Below the pieces are notes generated by a model. It saw only the letters and a program-made list of their open reading frames with translations. It was not told where the DNA came from and searched no databases. This document shows positions 57,307 to 64,000 of a stretch of DNA of 64,000 nucleotides, one piece after another. The DNA is from a phage: assembly GCA_022901335.1 (NCBI GenBank), contig GCA_022901335.1_3641.1; one strand, written 5' to 3'. The first letter of the stretch is position 1; the number at the start of each line of letters is the position of its first letter. Made by a program: the position numbers and the translations under genes.

Positions 57307-58529
57307 GCGTTATTCAACAATTCGCTAACCCGATGAATCCGCGTGAAACTGTTTTACTGGCTCACGGCATGATTAAACGCGTCAGCATCAAGCCTATCAA
57401 AGGTGCTGATCCTACAACAGGTATTAAAACCACTGTGTGGCAAGGTAAGAAAATTGAGTCCAGCCACACCATCTCTTTACTGATTTCTGAACTGGATTCC
57501 TCTGATAACCTACTTCAAGGTGGTGAAGAAGTTTGGATCAGTATGGGCGATAAGCTGCTTAAACCGGGTCATCAAGACTCTGTCTCTGTTAAAATTGATG
57601 ACAAGTGGGAAACCGTAACGCCAGGATGGATCGTAAATATCCCTTTGAAGGCAAACGAGCATAACGGTAAGACCTACTACAAAGGCTCACTGGCTAAGAT
57701 GGTTAAGCTGGGTGCAGGAGAGGCTCCAGCAGCGACTCAGCAGCAAAAACAGCAACAAGGTGCACAATCACAAGGCCAGAAGCAGAAACCTCAGCAGAAT
57801 GCCAATCAGGACGTTTTACGCATCTATGGTGATGTGACTCAGATTGTTGGCAACGTGGTTACTGTTAATGACCACAAGATTGGCGAAGGTGCTATGGTTG
57901 TAACTGATGAGCAGCTTAAAGACCTGGTGGTAGGTGGTCGTGTTGCAGCCATTGTTGACAAAGACACCGGAAACATTATCAGTGGTTTCAAAGCCTATCC
58001 TCCTAAGGCAGAGAACGGTACTCAAGGCTCTGGTGGCAAGCGTAAATCCTCTTACGACCCTATCGGTGTGGAAACGGGGCATAGCATCAATGCGTTGCAA
58101 ATCATCCTGGATCGCGGGTTTAAGGTAGACGACCCACTAGGAGTGGCTAAAACACTACACGTAGTCACTATTGAGCTTAAGAAAGAGTATGCTCAAGCCA
58201 CCAACCGAACTGAAGATGAAGTAGGTGCCAGTGTCGGTAATGCGGTGTTGAACGCTTGTCGCCGTATTGACAAGAAAACGAAAGTTGATGATTTTGCAGC
58301 GGCAATTACTGCAGAAGCAAAAGATGTCTTGACTAATCTGGCTGAGCCGTTGTACGATTGGATCAAGAACGGTGCTGGGTCAACTGACCATCAAGAACCT
58401 CAGGCTGCCAAACAGGAAGCAGCTCCACAGCAAAACACTGTAGACGCTCCTCCTGTAAATGATGGGGAAGATGACTCGATGGATCAGAATCCAGCACAGT
58501 ACGCCTTTGATGATGACATCCCATTCTAA
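57303..58529 (+). CDS. ssb: ssDNA-binding-like protein with E. coli SSB-type acidic C-terminal tip
   Basis: ends ...AQYAFDDDIPF (E. coli SSB ends DFDDDIPF); Gln-rich flexible linker; replication-module context. Confidence 0.55.
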   Translation: MSVIQQFANPMNPRETVLLAHGMIKRVSIKPIKGADPTTGIKTTVWQGKKIESSHTISLLISELDSSDNLLQGGEEVWISMGDKLLKPGHQDSVSVKIDDKWETVTPGWIVNIPLKANEHNGKTYYKGSLAKMVKLGAGEAPAATQQQKQQQGAQSQGQKQKPQQNANQDVLRIYGDVTQIVGNVVTVNDHKIGEGAMVVTDEQLKDLVVGGRVAAIVDKDTGNIISGFKAYPPKAENGTQGSGGKRKSSYDPIGVETGHSINALQIILDRGFKVDDPLGVAKTLHVVTIELKKEYAQATNRTEDEVGASVGNAVLNACRRIDKKTKVDDFAAAITAEAKDVLTNLAEPLYDWIKNGAGSTDHQEPQAAKQEAAPQQNTVDAPPVNDGEDDSMDQNPAQYAFDDDIPF

Positions 58530-58544
58530 CATCTAGTTAACATA

Positions 58545-58573
58545 GCCCTGCCCGAAAGGGTGGGGCATTTTTG
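58545..58573 (+). terminator. rho-independent terminator (GCCCTGCCC-GAAA-GGGTGGGGC + T-run), copy 2
   Basis: hairpin identical to 46778-46799, followed by ATTTTTG. Confidence 0.55.
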
Positions 58574-58591
58574 TATAAGGAGATCTGAAAA

Positions 58592-59008
58592 ATGACATTA
58601 GAAGATATCATTGTTAAACCTGAGAACTATGACCAATACAACCTGTCAACTCAATCTGTAGACCTTGGATGCGCCACAGTTAGTGCGTGGCTGGTTAACG
58701 GAAAAGAGCTGGACAAGTGCTTAGAAGCTCACATGTCTGTTAACAAGTTTCTGGATGAAAATACTCACTGGCTGGAAGGTGCAGGCGTATATGCTTCATG
58801 GTTGGAGAGCATGGGCTTTGACTATCAATCTGATGAAGGGTGGTGGAGCTATCTAGCTATCTGTCCAGAAACACTGCAATGCTTCATGAAATACTCTGAA
58901 GATCTTGAGTACCGAGCGGTGGTTGATAGTGCTATTGCCCGTTATAGCCGTAAACCTTTTTCCCATGACATTAAAACTGTGGAAGAATTTGTTGAAGTTT
59001 TCTGTTGA
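58592..59008 (+). CDS. hypothetical protein
   Basis: 138 aa, RBS AAGGAGA. Confidence 0.5.
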   Translation: MTLEDIIVKPENYDQYNLSTQSVDLGCATVSAWLVNGKELDKCLEAHMSVNKFLDENTHWLEGAGVYASWLESMGFDYQSDEGWWSYLAICPETLQCFMKYSEDLEYRAVVDSAIARYSRKPFSHDIKTVEEFVEVFC

Positions 59009-59104
59009 CACAGGTTGAAAGGTGTGCAATTATAACTTCATAAAACGGGAGGACGCGATGAACGAAGAAAACTGGGATGTATAACTAACAGGAGACCACT
59101 GCCC

Positions 59105-59302
59105 ATGATTTATCGAATCCGTGTAAGAGAAGATGCACCAGGCTGTTACTTTGACTGGCGTGGGTGGTGGTTTCTCCACCCAATGGATGGACTCACAGAT
59201 AGAATGCTGGATGCTGCCCTTTATACAGATACCGACATAGGATATAATCTCTATCTGAAGGACGGTATAGATAACGGTCTATTTGAAGCAATTCCTGTGT
59301 AA
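59105..59302 (+). CDS. small hypothetical protein
   Basis: 65 aa, RBS AGGAGA. Confidence 0.4.
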   Translation: MIYRIRVREDAPGCYFDWRGWWFLHPMDGLTDRMLDAALYTDTDIGYNLYLKDGIDNGLFEAIPV

Positions 59303-59367
59303 GAGACTGTGATAGCCATGTTTTATGATCTTCCTGTAGCACCACCTGTTGAACCTGGAGAACTAAG

Positions 59368-59787
59368 ATGATCTATGAAATGCCAAAATTGATCCGTGAC
59401 GATGCCCAAAACCACACCATTATTATGGGTAAACGCATGAATATCCTTTGCCGTAACGATTTCTGTGGTGTAGAATACGTTGCAGACTACTTCGGTGAGA
59501 ATGGTAAACACCCTGTTCAGTTCTTCCTTGACCATGAGGATAACATTATCTGGGAGTTTGAAACTGAAGATATCCGCAACCTCTTCATCTTCCTCGGTGT
59601 CAAGGTTAAGGCCAATTTCGCGGAAGGTGAGTGCGACGATTGTGGATTTTATGAGGTGACAGACTTCTATCTCCCGAGTGGCAAGAACCTTTACTGTGAG
59701 AGTCACTTCGGAAACACCAACATGCCTCAAAGCTGGGAAGAATTTTTCAGTATCGTAGAAGAGGAGCTGGCATACCGTGATTATTGA
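59368..59787 (+). CDS. hypothetical Cys-containing protein coupled to macro-domain gene
   Basis: 139 aa; 3' end overlaps next gene by 11 nt. Confidence 0.5.
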   Translation: MIYEMPKLIRDDAQNHTIIMGKRMNILCRNDFCGVEYVADYFGENGKHPVQFFLDHEDNIIWEFETEDIRNLFIFLGVKVKANFAEGECDDCGFYEVTDFYLPSGKNLYCESHFGNTNMPQSWEEFFSIVEEELAYRDY

Positions 59788-60235
59788 TACTGTAAAGGGA
59801 GATTTAATCTCCCTTTTTAAGAGCGGTGCTGGTCACCTAATCCACGGTTGTAACTGCTTCCACACAATGGGTAAGGGCATAGCAAAACAGATTGCCCGTG
59901 AGTTTCCTCAAGCATTGTCAGCCGACAAAGAGACCAGACACGGTTGCCTAAGTAAACTGGGTGCGTTCTCCCGATGGGAGCACTTATCTCCGAGAGGTAT
60001 TGTCTACGGAATCAATCTGTATACTCAGTTCTACCCAGGGCCTAATGCTGAATATTTCTCAATCCTGAAAGGCTTTGAGCTAGTCAATGAGGTATTCGAG
60101 GGATCGACTTTACCATTCTACATCCCTAAGATAGGGTGCGGCATAGGCGGTTTGAAGTGGGAGCACGTAGAGGACGTTATTAACCTCGCCACTTTTGATA
60201 TAGATATTATCGTGGTGGAGTACAAAGAGTGTTGA
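59777..60235 (+). CDS. macro-domain protein (ADP-ribose binding/processing fold)
   Basis: GTG start; GDL...LIHGCNCFHTMGKGIAKQI and IPKIGCGIGGL align with macro-domain motifs. Confidence 0.6.
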   Translation: MIIDTVKGDLISLFKSGAGHLIHGCNCFHTMGKGIAKQIAREFPQALSADKETRHGCLSKLGAFSRWEHLSPRGIVYGINLYTQFYPGPNAEYFSILKGFELVNEVFEGSTLPFYIPKIGCGIGGLKWEHVEDVINLATFDIDIIVVEYKEC

Positions 60236-60260
60236 CAGCTGACTTTTGAGATGGTATAGT
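60232..60260 (+). promoter_or_regulatory. sigma70-like promoter TTGACA-N17-TATAGT
   Basis: consensus -35 and near-consensus -10 upstream of 60292. Confidence 0.55.
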
Positions 60261-60291
60261 CACCACAACGATTGAGAGAGGGAGCACCACT

Positions 60292-60492
60292 ATGGAGACT
60301 AAAATCTTAATTCTGGCTGTGATAGATACGACCGAAGGGGCCGTGTTCGAATCTGCAGGAGGGTATTTCTACCTGCCCTACGGAAAAATAACTTCCGAAC
60401 CGAGTAAAGATTCAATCCTTAAAGTGTTCCCTTGTGCTTTCTGGCTGGAGATTCTGGTAGAAGATTGCAGAGGATTGGGGAGAGAATTATGA
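60292..60492 (+). CDS. small hypothetical protein
   Basis: 66 aa, RBS GAGAGGGAG. Confidence 0.4.
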   Translation: METKILILAVIDTTEGAVFESAGGYFYLPYGKITSEPSKDSILKVFPCAFWLEILVEDCRGLGREL

Positions 60493-60683
60493 GAAACAAG
60501 AAAGAGCTTTACTCTGGCGAGTGGATCAACGATCAACAGGTCGGAGAGGTAACCTGCTTCAGGTGTTTTACTCGGTACAATCTTAAAACTGCACCAAAAA
60601 GTGTTCCAAAGACTGACGGTTATTACATAAAAGAACCTCATTGCCCAAAATGTAAATGCCGATTGTACTGGAGCAATCTATAA
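60489..60683 (+). CDS. small zinc-ribbon protein
   Basis: ATGA overlap start; CFRC...CPKC Cys pairs. Confidence 0.4.
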   Translation: MRNKKELYSGEWINDQQVGEVTCFRCFTRYNLKTAPKSVPKTDGYYIKEPHCPKCKCRLYWSNL

Positions 60684-60687
60684 GAGG

Positions 60688-60715
60688 TTGACATCTGAAA
60701 ACTGCAGTGTATAGT
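60688..60715 (+). promoter_or_regulatory. sigma70-like promoter TTGACA-N16-TATAGT
   Basis: consensus -35, 16-bp spacer, upstream of 60747. Confidence 0.5.
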
Positions 60716-60746
60716 ATACGCATAAACTAACAGAGAGCGATGTATT

Positions 60747-60938
60747 ATGGTAATTTTTAACCGGGATGGTATCATAGTTAGACAGCACCCGTTCCTTGAA
60801 TACTATCAAATTGAGCAATGGTGCTACGGGGATTGCAGTCACTCCTATGGGCAAAGTTGGGGATATCGTACAGTTTTTGAATCAACAGACCTTGACAAAG
60901 TAAGACAGAAAGTTTTAGAACTTATTAACAACAAGTGA
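60747..60938 (+). CDS. small hypothetical protein
   Basis: 63-aa ORF. Confidence 0.4.
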   Translation: MVIFNRDGIIVRQHPFLEYYQIEQWCYGDCSHSYGQSWGYRTVFESTDLDKVRQKVLELINNK

Positions 60939-60947
60939 GTATGATAT

Positions 60948-61280
60948 ATGGTAACATTAGAAAGACGTAAAGCTATCGCCGTCACACTGGCAGACATCTT
61001 TTGGGATTGCAACTTAAAAGATACCAGAAATTGTGGCGCATCTGTAGATGTATTATTCCCACGGCCCACCATTGTTGCAATGGGAAACCTGTTAAACGTA
61101 ATGTACGGAGCATGGGACAAAGAAGGTGGATTCTATATCTGGCAACCTGACTACAGAGCCTGGAAAGAGGTAAGGGGTGCGGTTGACTTTGGGCCTGCAA
61201 GTGCTAAGATGGATGGCTGGGAAATTTATGTTGGAAACGACATGAAGCTGAAAGGCGAGATTGTTTACTGGTTGCCTTAA
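60948..61280 (+). CDS. hypothetical protein
   Basis: 110-aa ORF. Confidence 0.45.
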   Translation: MVTLERRKAIAVTLADIFWDCNLKDTRNCGASVDVLFPRPTIVAMGNLLNVMYGAWDKEGGFYIWQPDYRAWKEVRGAVDFGPASAKMDGWEIYVGNDMKLKGEIVYWLP

Positions 61281-61300
61281 GAACGTGCAGGAGATAAAGT

Positions 61301-61546
61301 ATGAACAAAGGGTGGACATTCGTAGACGGCGTTAAAAACATGCCTCTTGGAAAGTATATTGTAGCCATGGCAGATGAGAATGGCAAGGTGGATTTCGGAG
61401 TTTGCGAGGTTGTTCTTGCAGGATCTGGCGACTATGTGCACAAAACTGGGATAATTAACGGTCATTTCTACTTTGATTACAACCCTGTTGTGGCGTATAT
61501 GGCTATGCCAGAGTTAGAGCTCCCAAAGGAGGGTGCAGATGTTTAA
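61301..61546 (+). CDS. hypothetical protein
   Basis: 81 aa, RBS AGGAGA. Confidence 0.45.
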   Translation: MNKGWTFVDGVKNMPLGKYIVAMADENGKVDFGVCEVVLAGSGDYVHKTGIINGHFYFDYNPVVAYMAMPELELPKEGADV

Positions 61547-61736
61547 GCTTAAATCTGCATGGAACATCGCTGTGGGGGACGAGATCCGCATCCCAGGTGG
61601 AAAGACCATTATGAAGATATCACGTATCGAGTATGAAGGTGATCGTGTATTTCATATCTTTGCAGAAGATGGTCGAGAAATTTATATACAGGCAGGCTCT
61701 CACATCTATATCCATAAGAAAGGGGACGACAAATGA
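61533..61736 (+). CDS. small hypothetical protein
   Basis: 67 aa, RBS GGAGGG. Confidence 0.4.
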   Translation: MQMFKLKSAWNIAVGDEIRIPGGKTIMKISRIEYEGDRVFHIFAEDGREIYIQAGSHIYIHKKGDDK

Positions 61737-62065
61737 CAGAGATCATCGTTTCAACTGCAGGGTATGTATTCCTGACAATCATTGCGTTGGCTATTCTGGT
61801 GGCGGTGTATGGATTTGTTATCCTGCCTATTCTTGAGACATTTAGCTTGTGTCGGTGTTGGAGAAAAGCTTACGGACCACAACCGTGGAAAGACTGGTTT
61901 CATTTGGTGCGTATAGCGTTCTCTTATGCCTATGATCACTCCAGCAGTGCATGCGTAACCGGGTACCATGCCTACAACTGGAACTGGGAAGGGCTGGGGA
62001 GATGGACTGTTACAAAAACTATACCCTTACGGTTGTATAAAGGAAAGAACACACTGGGAGCCTGA
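61733..62065 (+). CDS. small membrane protein
   Basis: hydrophobic N-terminal helix YVFLTIIALAILVAVYGFVILPIL. Confidence 0.45.
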   Translation: MTEIIVSTAGYVFLTIIALAILVAVYGFVILPILETFSLCRCWRKAYGPQPWKDWFHLVRIAFSYAYDHSSSACVTGYHAYNWNWEGLGRWTVTKTIPLRLYKGKNTLGA

Positions 62066-62109
62066 TATTTTAAGTTATCAGGTTGCCAGAGATCAGGAGG
62101 ATTTCTAAA

Positions 62110-62322
62110 ATGGATTTCCTCCTTTTGATATTTTACCTACCAGGATATTTTAAAATCCTTAGAAAATCAGAAAATGGATCGAAAACTAAAATGGATTTTT
62201 CAGAGCAGGCACGACGAGATGAACCACTCATCCTATCGTCTGCACCATATTCCAGACCACCATTACAGATTTCCCGCACATGCTCACACCCTTCTACTAG
62301 AACTTCCCCCACTTACCTTTGA
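62110..62322 (+). CDS. possible small protein (70 aa) in repeat-rich region
   Basis: ATG 62110 nine nt after AGGAGG; hydrophobic N-terminus; overlaps AAAATGGAT repeats, so weak. Confidence 0.25.
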   Translation: MDFLLLIFYLPGYFKILRKSENGSKTKMDFSEQARRDEPLILSSAPYSRPPLQISRTCSHPSTRTSPTYL

Positions 62323-62375
62323 CCTTTTATAGTAATAATCCAACCACTACCTTGAAGTTGTGGCGCAGCTTTCCA

Positions 62376-62560
62376 AGTACTCGATCTGTTTTTCGTTTCA
62401 AAGATTGAATTTTCTGAAAATTTTTCTCGATAAATTTCTCAGTACTCGATCTGTTTTTCGTTTTCTGAATCGGATTTTCTGGAAATCGTTCCGGCTCTCG
62501 ACCTGAAATTTTTGGGGACGAAATCGATTTTTCGTTTTCAGAAATGGATTTTTAAAATTT
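62376..62560. repeat. three iteron-like direct repeats (core CGATCTGTTTTTCGTTTTC + GATTTTCTG)
   Basis: copies start near 62376, 62441 and 62515; AT-rich non-coding context. Confidence 0.5.
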
Positions 62561-62666
62561 CTATATGGGAATATTTTAGTGGATACTATTTTATAGGAAA
62601 TTGTTACGGAGGGTAATTAGCGTGCTAATTAAATTTATTAAATGCGAGGAGTTCTCATTTAGAATT

Positions 62667-62685
62667 TTGAATGATAATCATTCTC
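62667..62685. promoter_or_regulatory. Fur-box-like palindrome A
   Basis: 15/19 matches to GATAATGATAATCATTATC with ATGATAATCATT core intact. Confidence 0.4.
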
Positions 62686-62784
62686 GTTTGCAGAATAACG
62701 GGCAGGCCTGGTGATTGTCTCCCGGCCCCTACTGCCCCGGCTTGTTATTATAGTAACACACAGGACAAAGAAAGCAAGAAGTTT

Positions 62785-62814
62785 TTGCATAAATTTTTAG
62801 ACGATAATGATAAT
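62785..62814 (+). promoter_or_regulatory. sigma70-like promoter TTGCAT-N18-GATAAT overlapped by Fur-box B
   Basis: -10 hexamer lies inside the Fur-box-like palindrome. Confidence 0.4.
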
Positions 62815-62821
62815 CGTTCTC
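62803..62821. promoter_or_regulatory. Fur-box-like palindrome B
   Basis: GATAATGATAATCGTTCTC is 17/19 to the E. coli Fur consensus. Confidence 0.5.
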
Positions 62822-62901
62822 ATTTCATGCAGCGCCCATCCCCGGTGGTTGTCTCCCCCGTCACCGGTGCCTGCCGTCCTTTCGATAGGTATATTTTGCC
62901 A

Positions 62902-63040
62902 CCTGGCGGGGCCACTGTCAACACTTTTCAAAAAAAAATTTCTAACCTGATGCGCTGACCGCTGCAACCTGGCGGGGCCAGCCTGGCAGGGCCTAACTGA
63001 CCAGGTAGGAGATAATGAAGGCTTGCAAACCTGGTGGGCC
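62902..63040. repeat. four copies of CCTGGYRGGGCC motif
   Basis: copies at 62902, 62968, 62982 and 63030; each contains a CCTGG (CCWGG) site. Confidence 0.4.
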
Positions 63041-63051
63041 TATGCTATAGG
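63023..63051 (+). promoter_or_regulatory. possible sigma70-like promoter TTGCAA-N17-TATAGG
   Basis: hexamers 30 bp upstream of the 63082 ATG. Confidence 0.3.
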
Positions 63052-63081
63052 ATAGGTAACAATTGAAGAGGAGGTACAAAA

Positions 63082-63264
63082 ATGGAAGGTAATATGATCC
63101 CCCTGGAAAATGTAGCTATTAATGACGCTGAGGCTATCGCCCTGGTTGAAAAGGCTATGGCGGGAGCGTTGGAACATAAAGAAGAGTACGAAAAAATGAT
63201 GGTTAACCTGGCAGGGGCGGCGGCTGGAGAATTCTACCCAAAAATAATTTTAACTAATGGTTGA
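63082..63264 (+). CDS. small hypothetical protein
   Basis: 60 aa with strong RBS GAGGAGGT. Confidence 0.5.
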   Translation: MEGNMIPLENVAINDAEAIALVEKAMAGALEHKEEYEKMMVNLAGAAAGEFYPKIILTNG

Positions 63265-63289
63265 CAGCTCGGACAGTTCTTGTTATTCT
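63261..63289 (+). promoter_or_regulatory. sigma70 promoter TGTTGACA-N17-TATTCT
   Basis: consensus -35; leader AGAGGATAAAAAATCATG shared with the next unit. Confidence 0.55.
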
Positions 63290-63342
63290 TACCCTCGCAA
63301 GGTGAACAACACCACACCAATTAACAGAGAGGATAAAAAATC

Positions 63343-63540
63343 ATGAACGCCTACGGAATTAAAGTACGTCGCAACACTCGCCAGGTGGTCACCAATCAAG
63401 TGATTTGCCGGGTGGATGTAACCATCAACAACGGGCAAGGCCTTTATAAATTTCGTCGCGGTCATAGCTATACCCTGCAACAGCTTAACCGTTGCGCCCT
63501 GACAAAAGGTCAGATCAACCACTGGTTTAATAAAAAATAA
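63343..63540 (+). CDS. small basic protein
   Basis: 65 aa, RBS AGAGGA. Confidence 0.5.
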   Translation: MNAYGIKVRRNTRQVVTNQVICRVDVTINNGQGLYKFRRGHSYTLQQLNRCALTKGQINHWFNKK

Positions 63541-63542
63541 TG

Positions 63543-63571
63543 TTGACATATGGTCTGACACAAAATATACT
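63543..63571 (+). promoter_or_regulatory. sigma70 promoter TGTTGACA-N17-TATACT
   Basis: consensus -35; leader AGAGGATAAAATCATG. Confidence 0.55.
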
Positions 63572-63603
63572 GAAATCGCAAAAGACACTAAGAGGATAAA
63601 ATC

Positions 63604-64000
63604 ATGAAAACCACTACCTTTAATTTTGATAATGCGGACTTTTCTTTTTCTGATGTCAAGAACTGCCGCCGTGATCGTGGATTTTACAAGGCTTATAATC
63701 TGGTGGGCCTAGACGATGATAATAATTTGCACGAAGTAGCGGAGATCCGGTACTATGCCGCCGCCAGCGGTAACACTAACTACTGCGTTTTTTGGATACA
63801 CGACAACAAGAATAATAAGTACGGTTATACTGGTGGCAAGGCGAGCGGTCACGGTTATGATAAGGCCAATGCAGCACTTGAAAGCGCGTTAAATGCTATG
63901 GGGATCACTGCCAACGGCTGGATCTATGAAGATGAGTTTTTGTCAGCACTTGCTGCCCACCTGGGGTATAAAAAGCACATTGTGACATGCGCCCACGAAT
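63604..64000 (+). CDS. hypothetical protein (3' partial, runs off window)
   Basis: ATG 63604 after RBS AGAGGA; open to window end; absent from the ORF track because no stop is reached. Confidence 0.5.
   Translation, partial: MKTTTFNFDNADFSFSDVKNCRRDRGFYKAYNLVGLDDDNNLHEVAEIRYYAAASGNTNYCVFWIHDNKNNKYGYTGGKASGHGYDKANAALESALNAMGITANGWIYEDEFLSALAAHLGYKKHIVTCAHE

Noticed and set aside
59058-59084. Eight-codon mini-ORF (MNEENWDV) with RBS GGGAGG downstream of the 59005 promoter
   Set aside because: Too short to call as a gene; could be a leader peptide, but there is no evidence beyond the RBS.
62376-62560. Direct repeats considered as a possible CRISPR array
   Set aside because: Repeats are imperfect, AT-rich and unevenly spaced, with no uniform spacers and no adjacent cas genes; better explained as iterons or regulatory repeats.
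62671-62958. 95-aa plus-strand ORF spanning the Fur-box and CCTGG repeat region
   Set aside because: No RBS, low-complexity Pro/Ala-rich translation, and it runs through two palindromic operators and direct repeats; more likely non-coding regulatory DNA.
1-64000. Search for tRNA, rRNA, integrase, transposase and lysogeny repressor signatures
   Set aside because: No cloverleaf-like sequences with GTTCGAATC-type T-arms, no tyrosine/serine recombinase or DDE motifs and no cI-like HTH were recognised by eye; absence is provisional without tRNAscan or profile searches.

Overview
This window reads as a densely packed, tailed dsDNA phage genome segment with three blocks. (1) 1-28.9 kb, + strand: virion baseplate and tail-fibre module, including a gpV-like spike, gp25/W-like wedge, a 1266-aa fibre with a C-terminal S74 intramolecular-chaperone domain, a lambda-J-like central fibre, a baseplate-J-like protein, two paralogous ~347-aa fibres, a Tfa-type assembly chaperone, a P2-H/Stf-like fibre and a 1878-aa Ig-domain giant protein. 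(2) 28.9-35.9 kb, - strand: an inverted accessory cassette of mostly small genes (zinc ribbons, HAD-like phosphatase, a tandem array of 87-aa paralogs, a VWA + HExxH protein, a protein with two DRID-type HNH-like domains), bounded by a bidirectional terminator and a divergent promoter region. (3) 36-62 kb, + strand: early/replication block with a MoxR-like AAA+ ATPase, secreted SleB-like hydrolase, rIIA/rIIB, Dda/Pif1-like helicase, a short C5-methyltransferase-like protein, an HNH-AP2 homing endonuclease, Toprim primase-helicase, a T7-like family A DNA polymerase interrupted by a LAGLIDADG intein, many small ORFs in paralog families, an SSB-like protein with a DDDIPF tail and a macro-domain protein. 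The last ~2 kb is largely non-coding, with iteron-like direct repeats, two Fur-box-like palindromes, a reiterated CCTGGYRGGGCC motif and several near-consensus sigma70 promoters driving small genes. No tRNA, rRNA, CRISPR array, integrase or transposase was recognised. All calls rest on motif reading of the supplied translations; no database search was run. The content is compatible with a large virulent coliphage-like virus (T7-like Pol A replisome, rII, multiple fibres), but the family is not resolved.
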